Positions 16,846-26,438 of a DNA stretch of 54,732 nucleotides are shown piece by piece. How positions within the stretch are numbered: position 1 is the first letter of the stretch; each line of letters starts with the position of its first letter. The position numbers and the translations under genes were made by a program. The notes under the pieces are model-generated. The model made no database searches, was not told where the DNA came from, and saw only the letters and a list, made by a program, of their open reading frames with translations. Origin of the DNA: Burkholderiales bacterium (GTDB lineage: Bacteria > Pseudomonadota > Gammaproteobacteria > Burkholderiales > SG8-39); contig JBQMQE010000004.1 of assembly GCA_052172655.1 (NCBI GenBank), forward strand, positions 1-54,732. Reading direction: 5' to 3'.

Positions 16846-19566
16846 ATGACCGACCTGTCCGATCTCGGCTCCTCCGCGTTCTGGCGCGTCAATCCCAGGG
16901 ATTCCGATCCGATCGAGACGCGCGAATGGTTGGACGCGTTCGACGCCATGATCGAGGCCGAAGGCCGCGAGCGCGCGACCTATCTGCTGCGGCGGTTGCT
17001 CGATCATGCGCGCAAGCGCCGCGTGCAACTGCCGCCGGTGCTGAACACGCCTTACCGCAACAGCGTGGGCCTCGCCGACCAGCCGCAGTTCCCCGGCAAT
17101 ATCGAGGTCGAGCAGCGCCTGTCCTCGATCGTGCGCTGGAACGCGCTGGCGATGGTGGTGCGCGCCAACCGCGCGCATCCCGAGCTGGGTGGCCACATAG
17201 CCAGCTACGCCTCGGCGGCGGATTTGTTCGAGGTCGGCTTCAACCATTTCTTCCGCGCCGGACCGGCCGGCGAAAAAAAAGGCGCCGACGGCGGGGACTT
17301 AATCTATTTCCAGCCGCACTCGGCGACCGGCGTCTATTCGCGCGCGTTTCTCGAAGGACGGCTGAGCGACGCGCAGCTCGCGCATTATCGGCGCGAGACC
17401 GGCGCTGCCGCGGCTGAAGGACAGCCGGCGAACGCAAACACCGCGGCTCTGGCGCACAAGGGCCCGGGCCTGTCGTCCTACCCGCATCCCTGGCTGATGC
17501 CCGATTTCTGGCAGTTTCCCACCGGCTCCATGGGTCTGGGGCCGATCCAGGCGATTTATCAGGCGCGCTTTATGAAATACCTGGCCGGCCGCGGCGTTCT
17601 CGACACCGTCGGGCGCAAGGTCTGGGCCTTCGTCGGCGACGGCGAAATGGACGAGCCCGAGTCGCTTGCGGGGCTGTCGCTGGCCGCGCGCGAGGGACTG
17701 GACAATCTGATCGTCGTCGTCAACTGCAATCTGCAACGGCTGGACGGTCCGGTGCGCGGCAATGGCTCGGTGATTCAGGAACTGGAGGGCCTGTATGCGG
17801 GCGCCGGTTGGAATGTGGTGAAGCTCCTGTGGGGCTCGGACTGGGATTCGCTGTTTGCGCGCGACGAGGACGGGATACTGCTGCAGCGCCTGCACGAAAC
17901 GGTCGACGGCGAATTCCAGACCTACGCCGCCACCGACGGCCGCTTCAACCGCGAGCATTTTTTCAACAAGTATCCGGAATTGCAGGCGCTGGTCGCGCAC
18001 ATGTCCGACGACGACATCGACCGCCTGCGCCGCGGCGGGCACGACCCGGTGAAAATCTACGCCGCATATCACACGGCCATGCACCACCTGGGCCAGCCCA
18101 CAGTGATCCTGGCCCAGACCAAGAAGGGCTACGGCATGGGCCACTGGGGCCAGGGAAAAATGAGCACGCACCAGCAGAAGAAACTCGACCTCGAGGCGCT
18201 GCGCGCTTTTCGCGAGCGCTTCTCCCTGCCTTTGTCGGATGAGGACATCGAACAGGTGCGCTTTTTCAAGCCGGCGGCCGAAGCACCGGAGATGAAGTAC
18301 TTGCATGCGCGCCGCCAGGCGCTGGGCGGCTACCTGCCCGCGCGCTCCGGCATCGCGCCGGTACTCGAGGTGCCGGCGTTGGCGCAGTTCGCCAAAATAC
18401 TCGAGGGCTCGAACGCGCGCGAGCAGTCCACCACCATGGCGTTCGTGCAGATCCTGGCGCAACTGCTGAAGGATGCGGTGCTGGGCAAGCGCGTCGTGCC
18501 CATCGTTGCCGACGAGGCGCGCACCTTCGGCATGCAGACGCTATTTCGCCAGATCGGCATTTACTCCGCGTTCGGCCAGTTGTATGAGCCGGAGGACCAC
18601 GACGAACTGCTCTTTTACAAGGAAGCGAAGGACGGTCAGATACTCGAGGAAGGCATCAACGAGGCCGGGGCGTTGTCCTCGTGGATCGCCGCCGCGACCA
18701 GTTACAGCGCGCACGGCACGCCGATGCTGCCGTTCTATGCCTTCTACTCGATGTTCGGCTTTCAGCGCGTCGGCGACCTGATCTGGGCGGCGGCCGATTC
18801 GCGCTCGCGCGGATTCCTGATCGGCGCCACCGCCGGCCGCACCACGCTCGCCGGCGAAGGCCTGCAGCATCAGGACGGCGCGAGCCACCTGCTCGCTTCC
18901 ACCATTCAGAACTGCGTCGCCTACGATCCCTGTTTCGGCTGCGAACTCGCGGTGATCCTGCAGGACGGTATGCGGCGCATGCTGCAACAGCAGGAGGACG
19001 TGTTCTACTACGTCACGGTGATGAACGAGAACTACGCGCAGCCGCCGCTGCCGGCGGGGGCGGAGCAAGGGATCAGGCGCGGCATGTATCTGCTGCGGCC
19101 GACGCTCCTGGCCGGCGCCGACACTGTCGCTGCGGCCGGGAAGAAACTTCCGCGCGTCCAGCTTCTCGGTGCCGGCACCATCCTGCGCGAAGCGCTCGCC
19201 GCCGCCGAGATCCTGGAGCAGGAATACGACATCGCCGCCGACGTCTGGAGCGTCACCAGCTTTACCGAACTGCGCCGCGACGGCCTCGAATGCGAACGCT
19301 GGAATCGCGAACATCCCGGGCAAGCGCGCCGGAGCTGGGTGGAGCAATGCCTGGCCGGCGCCCGCGGCCCGGTCGTCGCGGCGAGCGACTATGTGCGCGC
19401 CGTGCCCGATCTGATCCGCGCCTGGGTGCCGGGAAAATATGTGACTTTAGGCACCGATGGCTTCGGCCGCAGCGACACGCGCGCCGCGCTGCGGCGGTTT
19501 TTCGGCGTCGATGCGCAGGGCATCGCGCAGGCGGCGGTTGGTGCCGCTGCTTCCTGGCCCGGATGA
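16846..19566 (+). CDS. mdeB: Homodimeric 2-oxoacid dehydrogenase E1, AceE/MdeB type
   Basis: GGHIASYAS, LSSYPHP, FPTGSMGLG, GDGEMDEPES, EGLQHQDG, GTDGFGRSD; no adjacent E2/E3. Family call is firm; mdeB versus aceE is inferred. Confidence 0.85.
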   Translation: MTDLSDLGSSAFWRVNPRDSDPIETREWLDAFDAMIEAEGRERATYLLRRLLDHARKRRVQLPPVLNTPYRNSVGLADQPQFPGNIEVEQRLSSIVRWNALAMVVRANRAHPELGGHIASYASAADLFEVGFNHFFRAGPAGEKKGADGGDLIYFQPHSATGVYSRAFLEGRLSDAQLAHYRRETGAAAAEGQPANANTAALAHKGPGLSSYPHPWLMPDFWQFPTGSMGLGPIQAIYQARFMKYLAGRGVLDTVGRKVWAFVGDGEMDEPESLAGLSLAAREGLDNLIVVVNCNLQRLDGPVRGNGSVIQELEGLYAGAGWNVVKLLWGSDWDSLFARDEDGILLQRLHETVDGEFQTYAATDGRFNREHFFNKYPELQALVAHMSDDDIDRLRRGGHDPVKIYAAYHTAMHHLGQPTVILAQTKKGYGMGHWGQGKMSTHQQKKLDLEALRAFRERFSLPLSDEDIEQVRFFKPAAEAPEMKYLHARRQALGGYLPARSGIAPVLEVPALAQFAKILEGSNAREQSTTMAFVQILAQLLKDAVLGKRVVPIVADEARTFGMQTLFRQIGIYSAFGQLYEPEDHDELLFYKEAKDGQILEEGINEAGALSSWIAAATSYSAHGTPMLPFYAFYSMFGFQRVGDLIWAAADSRSRGFLIGATAGRTTLAGEGLQHQDGASHLLASTIQNCVAYDPCFGCELAVILQDGMRRMLQQQEDVFYYVTVMNENYAQPPLPAGAEQGIRRGMYLLRPTLLAGADTVAAAGKKLPRVQLLGAGTILREALAAAEILEQEYDIAADVWSVTSFTELRRDGLECERWNREHPGQARRSWVEQCLAGARGPVVAASDYVRAVPDLIRAWVPGKYVTLGTDGFGRSDTRAALRRFFGVDAQGIAQAAVGAAASWPG

Positions 19567-19616
19567 GGGGCAATGCAGCGTTTCCGGCGCGGCATCACGA
19601 ACTTCGGGAGAGGCAA

Positions 19617-20501
19617 ATGAGCAAGCTTACGATCGGATTTATCGGCCTCGGCGTAATGGGCGAGCCGATGTGCAGGAATATCTTGGCGAAGAGCGGGCAC
19701 AAGGTCCGGGTATTCGACCTCGACGCGGCGCCGGTGCAAAGGCTGGCGGCGTTGGGCGCTGAAGCGGCTGCGGACGTAGACGCGCTGGTGCGCGGCTGCG
19801 CGGTGGTGCTCGTATCGCTGCCCTCGGGGAAAGTGCTGGTGGAACTCGCACACGCGCCCGGCGGCCTGCTGGCACAGATGAAACAGGGCCAGATCTTCGT
19901 CGATCTGGGGACCTCGGCGGTCAAATTGACGCGCGCGCTGGCGGCGGAATTTGCCGCGCGCGGCGTGCGCTACCTGGACGCGCCGGTGGCGCGCACCAGG
20001 CAGGCGGCAGAAGCGGGAACGCTTTCGGTCATGGTTGGTGGAGCAGAAGCAACGTTTGAAGAAGTTAAACCGCTGCTGGCTTGCTGCGCAACTGATATCA
20101 CCCACTGCGGCCCCATCGGCAGCGGCCAGGTCACGAAAATTCTCAACAACATGGTGCTGTTCCAGACCGTGGCTGCATTGTCGGAGGCTTATGCCATTGC
20201 GCATCACGCCGGATTCGATCCCAAACTGATATTCGAAACCCTGTCCAAAGGCTCGGGCGACAGCTTTGCGCTGAGAAACCATGGTGCCAAGGCGATAATC
20301 CCGCGGGTGTTTCCGCTCCGGGCTTTCTCCGTCGAATACGCGCGCAAGGATCTTTCCTATGCGCTCGAACTGGCGGCCGAGCACGGGCTCGACGCGGCCG
20401 GCGCCCGCCGTGTCGACGCGCTGTTCGACCAGGCGATCGCCGCAGGTCTGGGCGAGCAGTATTTTCCGGTGGTGAGCAGGCTCGTGGACGGCAGTGTCTG
20501 A
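19617..20501 (+). CDS. Beta-hydroxyacid dehydrogenase (3-hydroxyisobutyrate dehydrogenase family)
   Basis: GFIGLGVMG, LDAPV, KILNN, RKDL; true start ATG 19617 with GAGAGG RBS. Confidence 0.9.
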   Translation: MSKLTIGFIGLGVMGEPMCRNILAKSGHKVRVFDLDAAPVQRLAALGAEAAADVDALVRGCAVVLVSLPSGKVLVELAHAPGGLLAQMKQGQIFVDLGTSAVKLTRALAAEFAARGVRYLDAPVARTRQAAEAGTLSVMVGGAEATFEEVKPLLACCATDITHCGPIGSGQVTKILNNMVLFQTVAALSEAYAIAHHAGFDPKLIFETLSKGSGDSFALRNHGAKAIIPRVFPLRAFSVEYARKDLSYALELAAEHGLDAAGARRVDALFDQAIAAGLGEQYFPVVSRLVDGSV

Positions 20502-20645
20502 GGCGCGGAGCGACGCTGCGCCCGCGCGCGGCCGGGAGAATTCGATCGACGCGTCGGCGCAGCATTCACCAGGACAGCGACGCAATAGTTTCTGCAGCAG
20601 AACAACAGTAAAATGACGGTGTCCAGCGCGACAGGAGGAAAGCGT

Positions 20646-21065
20646 ATGCCGGATTCAAGCAGTAGCGGGCAAGCGGTGCAGGCGCGCATCTTGGCGGAGC
20701 GCTTCAGGCAGGCGGTCGAATCGACATTCGCAAGCGACACCGAGCTCCTGCGTCGCGGCGTGCTGGTCGACACCCGCTGTCTGATCGAAATCGACACAGA
20801 GCAGCTCCTGCTCACAATACGCAACGGGCGTCCGACAATCGCGCAGCGCGTTGCGCTGCTTGGTTCATGGGAATTCGCTATCCGCGCCGGGGCCGAAGCG
20901 TGGATGGCGCTGTGGCAGCCGGCGCCAAAGCCCGGCTGGCACGATCTGTTTGCGCTCACCAAGCGCGGCGCGATGCGCATCGAGGGCAGCCTGCAGCCGT
21001 TCATGGCCAATCTTCAGTATTTCAAGGATCTCGTTACGCTGCCGCGCGAAGGAGGTCCGCGATGA
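20646..21065 (+). CDS. Hypothetical protein, possibly SCP2-like
   Basis: GGAGG RBS; W..LW...P.PGWHDLFAL..RG.MRIEG pattern; stop overlaps the next ATG. Confidence 0.65.
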   Translation: MPDSSSSGQAVQARILAERFRQAVESTFASDTELLRRGVLVDTRCLIEIDTEQLLLTIRNGRPTIAQRVALLGSWEFAIRAGAEAWMALWQPAPKPGWHDLFALTKRGAMRIEGSLQPFMANLQYFKDLVTLPREGGPR

Positions 21066-21919
21066 GCGCGCCTGTATTCGAGCCCATCGTAGGCCGCTAC
21101 CTCGTCGTGCCCATTCTTGGCGATCAATGCCGGGTCTACGTGGAGGAGGCGGGCAGCGGCATACCGCTGGTATGCCTGCATACGGCTGGAGCCGATTCAC
21201 GCCAATTCCGGCATCTGTTGTGCGACGAGGCGGTGACCTCGCGCTATCGCGTGCTCGCCTTCGATATGCCCTGGCACGGGAAATCGTATCCGCCGGCGGG
21301 CTGGCAGAGGTCCGAGTACAAGCTGACGACAGACCTCTATGTAGCAACCATACGCGCGTTCTGCGCGGCGATGGGGCTGGCGCGCCCGGTCGTCATGGGT
21401 TGTTCTATCGGCGGGCGCATCGTGCTGCAGCTTGCGCACGCTCACGGCGGCGAGTTCCGCGCGCTGATCGGGCTCGAGTCGGCGGATTATCAGCAGCCCT
21501 GGTACGACACTAGCTGGCTGCATCGCAGCGACGTGCACGGCGGCGAAGTTTGCGCGGCATTGGTGTCAGGGCTGATCGCACCGCAAAGCCCCGAGCAATA
21601 CCGCCATGAAACGCTGTGGCAGTACATGCAGGGAGGTCCGGGGATATTCAAGGGCGATCTGCATTTTTACCGCGTCGACAGCGACCTGCGCGGAAAACTC
21701 GGCGGCATCGATACGCGCCGCTGCCCGCTGTACCTGCTGACCGGCGAATACGATTTCTCCTGCATGCCGGAAGACACGCTGCGAACCGCGAAGGCCATTG
21801 CAGGGGCCAAAGTCACGGTGATGGAGGAAGTCGGGCACTTTCCGATGAGCGAGAATCCGGCGCAATTTCGCAAATACCTGCTGCCGGTGCTGGAGGAGAT
21901 TTACAAGGTCGCGGCGTGA
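21062..21919 (+). CDS. Alpha/beta fold hydrolase
   Basis: CLHTAG, DMPWHGKS, nucleophile elbow GCSIGG, GEYD, GHFP. Confidence 0.9.
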   Translation: MSAPVFEPIVGRYLVVPILGDQCRVYVEEAGSGIPLVCLHTAGADSRQFRHLLCDEAVTSRYRVLAFDMPWHGKSYPPAGWQRSEYKLTTDLYVATIRAFCAAMGLARPVVMGCSIGGRIVLQLAHAHGGEFRALIGLESADYQQPWYDTSWLHRSDVHGGEVCAALVSGLIAPQSPEQYRHETLWQYMQGGPGIFKGDLHFYRVDSDLRGKLGGIDTRRCPLYLLTGEYDFSCMPEDTLRTAKAIAGAKVTVMEEVGHFPMSENPAQFRKYLLPVLEEIYKVAA

Positions 21920-22029
21920 TCCGGGGATGGTCAAGTTAATGTACCGAGGATTGCATTCGGTCGAGTGCAGGCGCAACCTGTCCGCGGCGCGATGTGCATG
22001 GCGTTAATTTCAAACGGAGGATTCAGGAA

Positions 22030-22356
22030 ATGGAAAAAAAAGGCGTATTCATCGTGATGGCGAAGGTTCCACCGGAAAAAGAAGAAGCGTACAACCGCTG
22101 GTACGACGAAGATCATATGCCCAAGGCGCTAAACCGATTCCCTGGAGTCACGAGCGGCCGCCGCTACAAAATAATGGATGGTGGCGATGGATATAACTAC
22201 ATGGCGCTTTATGAATATGAAAGCTATGAGAAATTAATGGAAACGGCGAAATCCGACGCGCTGAAGAATCTGATTCAGGAATACAACGACGCGTTTGGAG
22301 AAGGCAATCGCAAAAGAATGTTTGCAATAGAGATCAAATCGTTGATCGCAGGTTGA
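22030..22356 (+). CDS. DUF4286/EthD-like dimeric alpha-beta barrel protein, low GC
   Basis: YNRWYDEDHMP...PGVTSGRRY and YMALYE motifs. Confidence 0.8.
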   Translation: MEKKGVFIVMAKVPPEKEEAYNRWYDEDHMPKALNRFPGVTSGRRYKIMDGGDGYNYMALYEYESYEKLMETAKSDALKNLIQEYNDAFGEGNRKRMFAIEIKSLIAG

Positions 22357-22465
22357 CTCGCACAGTCAGGCTGCTGCTTGCTCGTTTTCGCCGGGATCGT
22401 CAGGTCCTGCCAGGCGCTGATGCAGGCGCGATTGTCGCGCCGGACGTCGTTCCGAATTTGCGCGC

Positions 22466-22882
22466 CTAAGCGCTATGCCAGGTGGAAGTCGCTATCGCGG
22501 CCGGCTTTGCGTCGGGCGAACTCAGTACCGCCTCGATAAAACTGACCAAGCGTCCGCGCTTGAGGAAACGCGCATTGCAGGTCGCGCGCCCGCGCCCGAG
22601 CGGGCGCAGGTACTGGATCTTGCTCTCCAGGGTATAGCCGGATCCATGCACGCGCTTGAACAGGGAGCCCGCGGCGCTATCGAGCACGAAAGCGATGACC
22701 CCGCCATGCAGCGTGCCGCCGGAATTGAACATGAAATCCTCGATTTCCAGGCCGAGTACGCATATCTCGCCGTCGAAGGAAAGTTCGCAGCCGAGAAAGC
22801 GCTCGAGAAAGAAGCCGCCGCTGTTGCGGTCGTATTCGGCAAGCGCGCGCTCCAGCGCCTTAGTCGCGGCAATTTCGTTCAT
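22466..22882 (-). CDS. PaaI family hotdog thioesterase
   Basis: NSGGTLHGGVIAFVLD and YLRP motifs; start ATG 22882. Confidence 0.9.
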   Translation of the reverse strand: MNEIAATKALERALAEYDRNSGGFFLERFLGCELSFDGEICVLGLEIEDFMFNSGGTLHGGVIAFVLDSAAGSLFKRVHGSGYTLESKIQYLRPLGRGRATCNARFLKRGRLVSFIEAVLSSPDAKPAAIATSTWHSA

Positions 22883-22926
22883 GGTGCGGCCAGCATGGCA
22901 TCTCGTGCGGCGAATGCAGATTGAGC

Positions 22927-24471
22927 CTAGGTCGCGGCCCGGGCGGATTTCGCCAGCAGTTCGCGCAAGGCGAAGCGCTGAATCTTCCCCGAGGCGGTGA
23001 GCGGCAGTTCGCTGACGAAGCTGATATCGCGCGGCAGCTTGTGCTTGCCGATGATGGCGGCGCAATGCGCGATCAGATCCTGGGCGGCGGCCTGCGCGCC
23101 CGGCTTGAGCACGACGAAGGCGTGCACCAGTTCACCGCGAATTTCATCGGGAACGCCGATTGCCGCGGCGCTTTGCACCGCCTTGTGCTCGCACAGCGCG
23201 TTCTCGACTTCCTTGGGATAGATGTTGTAGCCGCTGGAGATGATTATGTCCTTGAGGCGGTCGCGCACGAACAGCTCGCCGTCTTCGTCGACGATGCCGA
23301 TGTCTCCGGAATGCAGCCAACCGCCGCGCAGCGCCTGCGCGCTCTGCTCGGGCTTGTTCCAGTAGCCGATCATGAAAGTGGAGCAGCGAAAGCAGAATTC
23401 CCCCGCAGTGTTGGGGGGCAATTCCTCGTCGTCTGGGCCCAGCACCTTGACCTCTATACCCGGCAACGGCTGACCGCAGGCGCCGACCTTGTGCTCGTCG
23501 AAGGGCACCTGCAGCGAGGCGACCGGCGAGATTTCCGACAATCCATAGCTTTCGACAATTTCGATCTTGTGCACGTTTTTGAGATCGAGCTTGAGCCGGT
23601 CCGACACCGGCCCGCCGCCCACATCCAGCAGGCGCAGGCTGGAAAAATCGCGGCCTTTGATGTTCTGCGCATCGAACAGCCGGGCGTACATCGTCGGCAC
23701 GCCGGCGAGCACGGTGACGCAGTGACGCTCGATATGCTCGATCGCGGCCAGCGGATCGAATTTCGGCAGGATGAGCGTGCGCGCGCCGGCCTGCGCGGGC
23801 ATCAAAAAGTCCCAGCAAAAGCCAAATGAGGAGAAAAGCGGCAGCATCGTCATGGTGATGTCGTTGGCCTGGTAGCGCAGCACCAGATTGGTCATGTGCG
23901 CATTCTCCATGATTCCGCGCTGGCGCAGCAAAATACCTTTGGGTCTGCCGGTCGTCCCCGAGCTGTAGATCATCACGCCCGCTTCTTCGGGGTCGGCGCT
24001 CACGGCTTGGGCAAGCGCAGAATGCGCTTGCAGCAGAGCGTCGTATTGCTCCCAGCCTTCGGCCGCGCCTTGTATCACCACCTTCAGGCGCAAATCATGG
24101 CGCAGAAACTCGGGCGTTACGCGATCGAGGAGCTGGCGCTGGATGAAGGCCGCGCTCGGGGTGCAATCGGCGGCGGTGTCGATCAATTCGCGCGCGGTGG
24201 TGAGAATATTCACCGGTACGCAGACGACGCCGGCGAGGCTGCAGGCGATGTACATCTCCACCATCTCGCGCGAATTGCCCATGAGAACCATGACACGCGC
24301 TCCGCGCGAAATCCCTGCGGCGGCGATGGCGCTGGCAATGCGGCCGGCGCGCTCGTAGCTCGCGCCGTAGCTCTGCTCGGACGCGTCAGGCAGGATCAGG
24401 TGCGTCCGCTTGCGCAAGGTCCGTGCATTGTGCCGGAAAAGAAGGTCGATGCGATTCAAGGGTGCGACCAC
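22927..24471 (-). CDS. Acyl-CoA synthetase (AMP-forming)
   Basis: YSSGTTGRPKG, SYGLSE, LHSGD, DRLKD, SGKIQR. Confidence 0.92.
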   Translation of the reverse strand: MVAPLNRIDLLFRHNARTLRKRTHLILPDASEQSYGASYERAGRIASAIAAAGISRGARVMVLMGNSREMVEMYIACSLAGVVCVPVNILTTARELIDTAADCTPSAAFIQRQLLDRVTPEFLRHDLRLKVVIQGAAEGWEQYDALLQAHSALAQAVSADPEEAGVMIYSSGTTGRPKGILLRQRGIMENAHMTNLVLRYQANDITMTMLPLFSSFGFCWDFLMPAQAGARTLILPKFDPLAAIEHIERHCVTVLAGVPTMYARLFDAQNIKGRDFSSLRLLDVGGGPVSDRLKLDLKNVHKIEIVESYGLSEISPVASLQVPFDEHKVGACGQPLPGIEVKVLGPDDEELPPNTAGEFCFRCSTFMIGYWNKPEQSAQALRGGWLHSGDIGIVDEDGELFVRDRLKDIIISSGYNIYPKEVENALCEHKAVQSAAAIGVPDEIRGELVHAFVVLKPGAQAAAQDLIAHCAAIIGKHKLPRDISFVSELPLTASGKIQRFALRELLAKSARAAT

Positions 24472-24574
24472 TTTCTGCTCCTAAGCTGTTACAAAATAAG
24501 GGGATAGCTCCCCTCATGCTCCCCCTAAATCTGCCCGTGGCAAAATAGATTTTGCAACGGTCGCTAATCTTGCT

Positions 24575-25324
24575 TCAGATCGCCATGCGCTGGCCGCCGT
24601 CCACGTAATAGGTCTCGCCGGTGCAGAAACTGGCCGCGTCGGAGGCGAGGAAGGCGACGAATTCAGCGATTTCCTCGGGTTCGGCAACGCGCCGCAGCGG
24701 AATGCGCCGCAGAACCCAGTCGCGCTTGCGCTCGTCTGCGAGCACGTCTTTGGAAATGTCGGACTTGACATAGCCCGGCGCCACGCACAGGACGCGAATA
24801 TTGTCCTCGGCCCAATCGTAGGCCAAGGCCCGCGTGAGGCCGTCGACTCCCGCCTTGGATGCGCAATAGGCGGCCGTCCTGGGAAAGGCAATGGCGCCGG
24901 CCAGCGAGCCGATGTTGATGATCACGCCGCCGCCGCGCCCGCGCATCGAGGCGTAGGCCGCACGCGCAAGCGTGAATTGGCTGACGAGATTGACCTGCAG
25001 CGTTTCGGCGAATTCCTCGGGAGTGACTTCCTCCGGGCGGCGCTCCGCGACGATCCCGGCATTGTTGATCACCGCGTCGATGGCGCCGTGCGTTTGCACC
25101 GCGTGTTCGACGAAAGCCTGCAGCGATGGGTTCGATTTTGCATCGCCGACGAACACGCTCGCCTGCACGCCGAGCGCGCGAGCCATGTGGGCCGTTTCGT
25201 CCAGGGCTGCGGCGTCGCGGCCAAAGCAGGCGAGCGCGTAGCCGCGCCGGGCCAGCGCGAGCGCGATGGCGCGGCCGATATTGCGGCTTGCGCCAGTGAC
25301 CAGTGCAAGCTTGTGCGCCGCCAT
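24575..25324 (-). CDS. SDR oxidoreductase
   Basis: TGASRNIG, NNAG, YCASK, APG, VDGG; start ATG 25324. Confidence 0.9.
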   Translation of the reverse strand: MAAHKLALVTGASRNIGRAIALALARRGYALACFGRDAAALDETAHMARALGVQASVFVGDAKSNPSLQAFVEHAVQTHGAIDAVINNAGIVAERRPEEVTPEEFAETLQVNLVSQFTLARAAYASMRGRGGGVIINIGSLAGAIAFPRTAAYCASKAGVDGLTRALAYDWAEDNIRVLCVAPGYVKSDISKDVLADERKRDWVLRRIPLRRVAEPEEIAEFVAFLASDAASFCTGETYYVDGGQRMAI

Positions 25325-25338
25325 CGTTTGAGCAAATC

Positions 25339-26157
25339 TTAGACTTTGGCGTAGCGCTTGCCGGGCTGCGGCAGGGTAAATACGCCCTTGTTCAGCCATT
25401 GGCCGCCGTCGGCGACCAGCACTTCGCCGTTGATATAGTCCGCCGTGGGGGTGCAGAGGAAGAGTCCAATTTCGACTGTCTCGTCGATGGTCTCGAAGCG
25501 GCCGGCGGGTATCGTATCCAGGATCTTTTGCTGCGCGGTCTTGCTCGGCCAGAGTGCGGTGCGCGACTGCTCGGTATCGACGAATCCCGGGCAGAGGCAA
25601 TTGATCTGCACGTTTCTCGGTCCCCACTCGACCGCCAGGGTTTGCGACATCGCGATGACGCCTGCTTTGGCTGCGGCCGAATGCACCGTCCCCGGGCCGC
25701 CATACCATGCGTAGGCCGCCGAAATGTTCAAGATCTTGCCGTGCCCTTGCTGCAGCATGCGCTTGCCGGCGGCCAGCGTGCAGTAGGCCGTGCCGTTGAG
25801 CACGATGTTGATTACGCTGTTCCAGCCATTGGGCGATAGGTCCTCGGCGCGCGCGAGGAAGTTGCCGGCGGCATTGTTGATCAGAACATCGATGCTGCCG
25901 GTTTCGTCTACGACGCGCTCGATGGCGGCCTCGACGGCATCCGGCTTGCGGATGTCCAGGGGGCAGAGCAGCGCTTTGCCGCCGCTCGCCTCGATCGCGC
26001 GGGCAGTCTCCTGCAACAGGTTCTCGCGTCGTCCCGCCAGTGCGACGCGGGCGCCCAGCTCCGCCGCCCGCAGGGCAAAGCCCCTGCCTATGCCTGTGCC
26101 TGCGCCGGTGATGAAAACAGTGCGCGCCGAAAAGCTAGCCGGTGCGAGCATGCTCAC
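25339..26157 (-). CDS. SDR, 2,4-dienoyl-CoA reductase (DECR2-like) subfamily
   Basis: TGAGTGIG, NNAAGNF, LSPNGW, HSAAAKAG, LAVEWG, DGGQWL. Confidence 0.88.
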   Translation of the reverse strand: MSMLAPASFSARTVFITGAGTGIGRGFALRAAELGARVALAGRRENLLQETARAIEASGGKALLCPLDIRKPDAVEAAIERVVDETGSIDVLINNAAGNFLARAEDLSPNGWNSVINIVLNGTAYCTLAAGKRMLQQGHGKILNISAAYAWYGGPGTVHSAAAKAGVIAMSQTLAVEWGPRNVQINCLCPGFVDTEQSRTALWPSKTAQQKILDTIPAGRFETIDETVEIGLFLCTPTADYINGEVLVADGGQWLNKGVFTLPQPGKRYAKV

Positions 26158-26197
26158 CTCGAAATTAAAAAGAAATGAATACTAATAAAATGGACTT

Positions 26198-26403
26198 ACT
26201 TTAACGCTGCGGCAACGACCAAGTCAATAGCCGGGCGGCGCAAGAGCCTGCCCAACGAAGCCGATTCGCCAGAATGTCATAGGGGATTATGCGCCCGGAC
26301 GGCGACGGCGAGAGCGGCACATGAAAGGCGGAAACGGATGCTGCAGCGCAGCGCGCGTAAAATGAAATGCTCGTTGACAGAATGAAACAATTTTGATTAT
26401 TCT
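26198..26403. promoter_or_regulatory. Divergent promoter region between the two arms of the first catabolic block
   Basis: AT-rich; + strand TTGACA(26374)-18-TATTCT, - strand TTGACT(26227)-18-TAAAGT; ATGAAA repeated at 26321, 26362 and 26382. Confidence 0.45.
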
Positions 26404-26438
26404 GCTGTTTGGCAAACAGGCTCAGCGGGGCGTTGCGG

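Noticed and set aside
17273-17280. A8 homopolymer in the E1 gene (and A9 at 22033-22041) as phase-variation tracts
   Set aside because: Both are in frame Glu-Lys-Lys codons in intact genes; no evidence of slippage.
18681-19616. Apparent 312-aa N-terminal extension of the beta-hydroxyacid dehydrogenase
   Set aside because: Out-of-frame overlap with the E1 gene; Arg/Ala-rich junk; a good RBS and ATG exist at 19617.
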